From Flavobacterium sp. (GTDB taxonomy: Bacteria; Bacteroidota; Bacteroidia; Flavobacteriales; Flavobacteriaceae): a stretch of 64,000 nt of DNA. Below, one piece after another: positions 57,291 through 64,000 of the stretch. Position numbers and translations under genes: made by a program. The stretch lies in contig JADKDN010000009.1 in NCBI GenBank assembly GCA_016718345.1, positions 25,563 to 89,562 of the forward strand, written 5' to 3'. Every line of letters starts with the position of its first letter. Position 1 is the first letter of the stretch. The notes below the pieces were generated by a model that worked only from the letters and a program-made list of their open reading frames with translations, made no database searches and was not told the DNA's origin.

Positions 57291-58113
57291 TATTTTCTAA
57301 TATTTTTAATTGAAATAGGTTGATTTAAAATAATTTTATATTTTCCATTTTTCTGTTTTGGATTAATGTCGTTTCTGTTTTTAAATTTGTCTAGTTCATG
57401 TTCTAGTTTATCAATTACATAAAATTCAATTTTTTCGACACCGACCTTACTCAATTCAATGTTAATTCTATCTATTAGAGTTATAAATTGTTTGTTTTTA
57501 TTCGATTTATTATAAACATCTATTATTTGACGACCTGCAGCTGAATTTTCAAATACTAAAACTGCCGGTACTGATTTGTGATTTGTTACTCCATACATTT
57601 CATACTCTTCTTTAAACTTATTTATAAAACCATATTTATGTAATCTATATGTATATACAAATATTTCAAGAATTGCCTAACAATGGATCCGAAGGTTCTG
57701 GTTTTTCTCTAAAAACTGTTGATTACTTGCTATAGATAACAAATCTATATCTCCGTGACTTTGTTTTCCCTTTCCTTGTTTTGGTTCTGTTAGTGGTATT
57801 TCATAATCAATTATTTTGCCTAATAAATCTATAGAACCTGTATTGAATAAAGCTCTACAAAATCTTTTTTCAGTAAATTGTGAAATATCTGTGCTCAAAA
57901 TAGTTTCTCCAGTATGCAAGTCTTGCCTGAAATTTTCTTTTCTATGTCCTTTATCAGTCCAATTTTTATTAATATGGTCAAATTGATCTAAAAGTATTTC
58001 CGAGATAAATTCAATATAGCCAGTTCGTGAACATTTATCCCATTGGTAAATGTTATGCCAGTTTTTTGGCAATTTATCAAATTCTGCTTGTATTTGTTGT
58101 TTTGTAAAAGCCA
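57290..58113 (-). CDS. putative PD-(D/E)XK restriction-endonuclease-fold protein (indels near 57670-57715)
   Basis: EKRFCRALF, IIDYEIPL, GDIDLL, then by frame joining LE.K.PEPSDPLL.AILEIFVY into ORF 57290-57598. Confidence 0.6.
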
Positions 58114-58295
58114 TAAATATTTTTTCTTTAAATATAAGTAATTTCAATCCTAATCAAATATTTAGAAATTAGTTTTTATTATTTACGTCAAAATTAATTT
58201 CTAATAACGCCAAAGCGCGACGTTTCTAAATAATTTTTCAATTAAACTTTTAAACTAAAAATGTATCTTTGCGCCTTTAATTACAAATTATAAAA

Positions 58296-59222
58296 ATGAA
58301 CAAACTTTTAATTGTTGGAACGGTTGCTTTCGACGCTATAGAAACTCCTTTTGGAAAAACAGATAAAATATTGGGTGGAGCAGGAACTTTTATAGGTCTA
58401 TCCGCTTCTCATTTCAATTTACAATCGGCAATTGTTTCCGTTGTTGGAGATGATTTTCCACAAGAATATTTAGATTTATTAACTTCAAGAAATATTGATA
58501 TCTCAGGATTAGAAGTGGTTAAAGGAGGAAAAACATTCTTTTGGAGCGGTCGTTACCACAATGATATGAATTCGAGAGATACTTTGGCTACAGAGCTTAA
58601 TGTATTAGCCGATTTCAATCCTATTGTTCCAGAAAACTTTAAAGATGCTGATGTTGTAATGCTTGGAAATTTACATCCAATTGTACAAACAGGCGTTTTG
58701 AACCAAATGACTTCAACACCAAAATTAGTGGTTTTAGACACCATGAACTTTTGGATGGATTGCGCATTACCAGAATTGTTAGACGTAATCAAACGTGTTG
58801 ATGTAATTACCATAAATGATGAAGAAGCTCGTCAGTTATCAGGAGAATATTCTCTAGTGAAAGCTGCAGCCAAAATCCATACTATGGGACCAAAATATGT
58901 TGTAATTAAAAAAGGAGAACATGGAGCATTAATTTTCCATGGAGAGCATATTTTCTTTGCACCAGCATTGCCTTTGGCAGATGTTTTTGACCCTACTGGT
59001 GCCGGGGATACTTTTGCGGGAGGATTTGCGGGATACATTACACAACAAGGTGATATTTCATTTGAGACTATGAAAACTGCTATTATTCAAGGGTCTAATT
59101 TAGCATCTTTCTGTGTTGAGAAATTTGGAACAGAAAGAATGTTGGAACTGAATAAAGAAGAAGTAAACCAACGCTTGAAACAATTTAAAGCCTTAACACA
59201 ATTTGAAATAGAATTATCATAA
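58296..59222 (+). CDS. PfkB family carbohydrate/nucleoside kinase
   Basis: GGAG, INDEEA, DPTGAGDTFAGG; TATCTTTG promoter at 58264. Confidence 0.92.
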   Translation: MNKLLIVGTVAFDAIETPFGKTDKILGGAGTFIGLSASHFNLQSAIVSVVGDDFPQEYLDLLTSRNIDISGLEVVKGGKTFFWSGRYHNDMNSRDTLATELNVLADFNPIVPENFKDADVVMLGNLHPIVQTGVLNQMTSTPKLVVLDTMNFWMDCALPELLDVIKRVDVITINDEEARQLSGEYSLVKAAAKIHTMGPKYVVIKKGEHGALIFHGEHIFFAPALPLADVFDPTGAGDTFAGGFAGYITQQGDISFETMKTAIIQGSNLASFCVEKFGTERMLELNKEEVNQRLKQFKALTQFEIELS

Positions 59223-59287
59223 ATTTATGCCTCGAATTTCGGGGCATTTTTATTTTACACAACTACTAACTACAACACAACAACACA

Positions 59288-61184
59288 ATGAGTGACGCAA
59301 TCAAACACGAATGTGGAATTGCACTTTTACGTTTAAAAAACCGTTAGAATTCTACAAAGAGAAATACGGTTCAGCTTTTTATGGAATACAAAAAATGTAC
59401 CTTCTCATGGAAAAGCAGCACAATCGCGGACAAGATGGAGCTGGTCTAGCTTCTATAACATTAGATGTCAATCCTGGTGAAAGATACATAAGTCGTGTTC
59501 GTTCTAATGATACTCAGGCGATTCAAGATGTTTTTAAACAAATTAATGAAAGAGTCAACGAGGAGATGACGCTCCATCCTGAATATGCTGACAATGTTGC
59601 GCTTCAAAAAGCGAATATTCCGTATATTGGGGAATTGTTTTTAGGACATGTTCGCTATGGAACTTTTGGTAAAAATAGCATCGAGAGTGTACATCCTTTT
59701 TTGCGACAAAACAATTGGATGCATAGAAATCTGATCTTGGCAGGTAATTTTAATATGACCAATGTTAGAGAACTATTTGAAAGTTTAATTGAAATTGGTC
59801 AACATCCAAAAGAAATGACAGATACGGTAACTGTTATGGAAAAAATAGGTCATTTTCTCGATGATGAAGTAACAGATTTGTATCAAGATTGTAAAAACAA
59901 CGGATTCTCAAAAAGAGAAGCTTCACCAATTATTGCTGAAAAGCTAGACATTGCTAAAATCCTAAAAAAAGCTTCTAAAAATCTTGATGGAGGCTATGCT
60001 ATGGCTGGGCTTTTAGGTCATGGTGATGCTTTTGTGTTTAGAGATCCAGCAGGAATTCGTCCAGCTTATTTTTATCAAGACGACGAAATTGTTGTGGTAG
60101 CTTCTGAAAGACCTGTTATTCAAACCGTTTTTAATGTTGGATTTGAAAAAGTGCAAGAGTTACAACCAGGGAATGCTTTAATTATTAAGAAAAATGGCAA
60201 TGTAACTGAAGAGAATATTTTAGCACCTACGATTAAAAAAGCATGTTCTTTTGAAAGAATTTATTTTTCAAGAGGAAGTGATGCCGAAATTTATCAAGAA
60301 AGAAAAAATTTAGGAAAACTAATTCTCCCTGCAGTTTTAAATGCAATAGATAATGATACTGACAACACGGTATTTTCGTATATTCCAAACACAGCTGAGA
60401 CATCTTTTTACGGAATGGTCGAGGCGGCTCAGGATTTTTTAAATCAGAGGAAAAATAAGTTTATTCTTGACAATAGAAAAACGTTGACCAAGGAAAAGCT
60501 AGAAGAAATTCTTGCCGTAAAAATCAGAACTGAAAAAGTAGCGATTAAAGATGCTAAACTTCGAACATTTATCACAGAAGATAGTAGTCGAGATGATTTA
60601 GTGGCTCACGTTTATGATGTAACGTATGGAGTTATAAAACCAACAGACAATTTGGTAATTATCGATGATAGCATCGTCCGCGGAACAACTCTCAAAATGA
60701 GTATTCTGAAAATGATGGATAGGTTAAAACCCAAAAGTATCATTATTGTATCATCAGCACCGCAAATTCGGTATCCAGATTGCTATGGAATTGATATGGC
60801 AAAACTGGAAGGTTTAGTTGCCTTTAGAGCAGCTTTGGAATTATTAAAGAAAGAGGACTCTATTCTATTGTTGATGAAGTTTACATAAAATGCAAGCAAC
60901 AAGAAAATAACAAGGACAGCGAAGGAATCAATTTTGTAACGGAGATTTATGCGCCTTTTCATCCTCAGGAAATTTCAAATAAGATAGCGGAGATGCTTTG
61001 CTCCCCTGAAATAAATGCAGAAGTTAAAATTATTTTTCAAACTATTGAGAATTTACATACTGCTTGTCCAAAAAATTTAGGGGATTGGTATTTTACTGGA
61101 GATTATCCAACACCTGGAGGGAATCGAGTTGTGAACCGTGCTTTTATGAATTTTTATGAAGGAAAAGACGCCAGAGCATATTAA
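59288..61184 (+). CDS. purF: amidophosphoribosyltransferase (indels near 59335 and 60855)
   Basis: MSDAIKHECG start, QHNRGQDGAG, GHVRYGT, DDSIVRGTT, DCYGIDM. Confidence 0.93.
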
Positions 61185-61272
61185 AACACAAACAATTAAG
61201 CACTTTATCGAGTTTTATAGTTGTTCATCTAATTTATTTGTTAAATAAACAACACTAGAATACATTTGGTGA

Positions 61273-61343
61273 ACCATAGCATTAGTAGGTTAAGTTTATG
61301 GTAGATTTGGGGCAAAAAGGGTGAAAGAAATTTCACCTTTTTT
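61273..61343 (+). ncRNA. tandem candidate sRNA, copy 1
   Basis: TACATTTG at 61261-61268, 4 nt, then ACCATA...TATGGT hairpin, AGATTTGGGGC, terminator GGTGAAA-gaaa-TTTCACC-T6. Confidence 0.7.
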
Positions 61344-61440
61344 ATTTTATAAAAAACTGACATTCAATCACTTCGTAGATTTTTATAGTTGTTCATCTAA
61401 TTTATTTGTCAATTAAATTCTACCCACATACATTTGTTGA

Positions 61441-61510
61441 ACCATAGCATTAGTAGGTTAAGTTTATGGTAGATTTGGGGCAAAAAGGTGAAAGAGATTT
61501 CACCTTTTTT
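61441..61510 (+). ncRNA. tandem candidate sRNA, copy 2
   Basis: TACATTTG at 61429-61436, 4 nt, then a body nearly identical to copy 1. Confidence 0.7.
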
Positions 61511-61630
61511 ATTTTATAGATTTTATATAAAATCTTTCTTCCAAACCCTTTTTGCTATTATTTGACTAGTTTTCCAATTTATTTTCAATAAAAATTCACT
61601 TAATAAGTTAAATCTTATTAACTTTGCCTT

Positions 61631-61703
61631 ACCATATGTTTAGCTAGGTATAAGTTTATGGTAGATTTGGGGCAAAAAGGGTGAAAGAAATTTCGCCCTT
61701 TTT
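61631..61703 (+). ncRNA. tandem candidate sRNA, copy 3 (variant hairpin interior)
   Basis: TAACTTTG at 61619-61626, 4 nt, same stem ends and 3' half; terminator GGGTGAAA/TTTCGCCC. Confidence 0.7.
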
Positions 61704-61786
61704 ATTTTGTTATAATATCGATAGGCAAAAAAAAAACGTAACGAGGGTATTCTCGACGTTTTTATAAAATTAATTAATGATAGAGA

Positions 61787-62394
61787 CTATTTTTCTAAAG
61801 CAAACCTTCTAGCGACTTCTGTCCAATTGATAACATTGAAAAAAGCCTCGATATAGTCTGGTCTTCTATTTTGATAATTCAAATAATAAGCATGTTCCCA
61901 TACATCCATACCTAAAATTGGCGTTCCTCCACAGCCTACTTCTGGCATAAGTGGATTGTCTTGATTTGGCGTTCCGCAAACATCAAGTTTCCTCCTTTAT
62001 GTACACAAAGCCAAGCCCATCCCGAACCAAATTGTGTAACACCAGCTTTACTGAATCTAGCTTTAAATTCATCAAATGAACCAAAGTGCTTTTCTATAGC
62101 ATCTGCTAATTCTCCAGAAGGTAGTCCGCCACCATTTGGCGACATAACAGTCCAAAACAAGTTGTGATTGTAAAAACCACCACCGTTATTTCGAACAGCA
62201 GCGTTTTTCATGTCAAGATTAATCAAAATATTCTCAATGGTTTTTCCTTCCATATCAGTTCCGGCAACTGCTGCATTGAGGTTTGTAGTGTATGCATTAT
62301 GATGTTTTGTATGATGAATTTCCATCGTGCGGGCATCAATATGAGGCTCTAATGCATCGTATGCATAAGGTAATTTTGGTAATTCAAAAGCCAT
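61787..62394 (-). CDS. sodA: Mn/Fe superoxide dismutase (indel near 61985)
   Basis: [24 protein letters not shown]; NQDNP and DVWEHAYY in the shifted frame. Confidence 0.93.
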
Positions 62395-62535
62395 TTTATT
62401 TTGTTTTAAAGGATTAATAAATATTTATTTCAAAATTAAACAATTAACTTTGGAATTAAAATAATCAATTGTTATAATTTAATTAAAAAACTAAATTATA
62501 CAAAAGATTGTTTTTAAACTTTGAAAATAAGTCAA

Positions 62536-64000
62536 ATGGATAGACCCTCATTCGCGATTTATGATGCATCAGCAGGTTCAGGAAAAACCTATGCTTTAGT
62601 CAAAGAGTATTTGAAAATTATTTTGACCTCAAAAAAGGATGATGCTTACCGCAATATCTTAGCGATAACATTTACAAACAAGGCTGTTCATGAGATGAAA
62701 TCTCGAATTGTAGGGAGCTTGTCTGAATTTGTCAAAGAGGAGCCTAGCTCAAAAGCCGAAGTTTTAATTATGGATTTGGTTTCAGAAACCAAGCTTCCTA
62801 GGGAAAAGATAAAAACAAAATCTAAGCAAATTATTAAGCATATAATTCATAATTATGCGGCATTTGATATTTCAACAATAGATAAGTTTACACAAGGTTA
62901 TAAGAGCTTTTGCTCATGATTTAAATTTACCTATGACTTTTGAGGTTTCATTGGATTCCGAAAATTTACTAACCGAAGCTGTTGATGCAATTATAGACCA
63001 AGCCGGCGAAGAGGATGTGTTGACAAACTTGTTGGTCGATTTCACCATGGAGAAAACAGACGATGATAAGAGTTGGGATATTTCTAGAGAAATTTTTGAA
63101 ACGGGAAGATTAATTTTAAACGAAAACAACAGAAACGAAATAACTTCTTTTGAAAACAAATCAATTAGTGACTTTCTAGCCAGTAAAAAAAAGTTAGGCG
63201 AAGCTTGCAAAGTTTTGGAAGGAGAAAATAGTCAGCTTGCACAAGAAGCTGTTGGATTAATTGATAAAAATGCTATTGATCTTAAATCATTTTCAGGAGG
63301 ACATTTTCCGAATCATCTACAAAGTATTATCAAAGGAAACTTCAATCCTAGAAATAAAACCTATCACGAGTTTGATGATATAAAGATAAATAAAACAGCG
63401 AAGGATAGAGTTGTTATAGAAGGAATTATTCCTGACTTGTTACAAAAACTGGAAATTATCTATAAGAATTTTGAAAAAAGAGATTTTTACAAGGCATTTT
63501 TAAAAAACATCACACCACTTTCTTTATTAAATAGAGTTAGTAGTGAATTAGCTAAAATTCAAGACGAGCAAAATATTCTCTCCATTTCAGAGTTCAATTC
63601 AATTATACATCATCAAATTCAAAATCAGCCGGCTCCTTTTATCTATGAACGATTAGGAGAGCGATACCGTCATTTTTTTATCGATGAATTTCAAGATACT
63701 TCAGAAATGCAATGGCAAAATTTAATTCCGTTGATAGATAATGCAACTTCTAGCGAAATTGATGGAGAAAAAGGAACACTAATGATTGTAGGCGATCCGA
63801 AACAGTCTATTTATCGCTGGAGAGGAGGCAAAGCAGAACAGTTTATTGAGTTGAGTAAAAACAAAAATCCATTTAACAATCCAGATAAAAAACTTGAACA
63901 TTTAGATAAAAATTACAGAAGCTATTCACAAATTATTGAATTCAACAACGGTTTTTTTAAACTACTATCAACCGAGTTTGAGAATCCAGATTATAAAGAG
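62536..64000 (+). CDS. UvrD/AddA-like helicase, N-terminal part (indel near 62895; runs off window)
   Basis: ASAGSGKT, AITFTNKA, STIDKF; downstream IDEFQDTS, VGDPKQSIYRWRG, NYRS. Confidence 0.9.

Noticed and set aside
58159-58232. Inverted repeats (TTAGAAATTA/TAATTTCTAA) at the edge of the nuclease insertion as attC, dif or IS ends
   Set aside because: AT-rich, with no matching site or target duplication at the other boundary (~55380-55411) and no recombinase in the window
61273-61703. CRISPR array or type III antitoxin array
   Set aside because: Units are ~70 nt with their own terminators; intervening DNA is ~100-120 nt, holds promoters and is partly duplicated; no cas or toxin gene is adjacent

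Overview
AT-rich Bacteroidota chromosome segment, very likely Flavobacterium (TAnnTTTG promoters, T9SS genes porZ, porP/sprF and type B CTD cargo, IPExxxVDY protein, long purF). Most of it is core housekeeping: gpsA, nadD, gmk, gdhA, recO, ileS, lspA, uvrC, pgi, dinB, hflX, pyk, rnc, fabF, acpP, purN, rnhA, purF, sod and an AddA/UvrD helicase. Many essential genes are split by 1-nt indels, so the sequence looks like an unpolished long-read consensus and splits are treated as artefacts. Points of interest: (1) a triplet of ~70-nt non-coding units between purF and sod, each with its own promoter, 5' hairpin and terminator, i.e. candidate sibling sRNAs, plus two more candidate sRNAs of similar architecture at ~300-414 and ~22389-22501; (2) a three-gene opposite-strand insertion between rnhA and pfkB encoding a PD-(D/E)XK nuclease translationally coupled to an RNase J-like beta-CASP nuclease, a candidate defence system; (3) two tandem paralogous T9SS type B adhesins feeding a compositionally distinct CTD-porP-ompA cassette; (4) a TonB receptor/lipoprotein/nuclease locus that may use extracellular DNA; (5) a recurring ACGAAAACGT operator-like motif. 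No rRNA, tRNA, CRISPR array or transposase was recognised. All calls are by eye, with no database searches.
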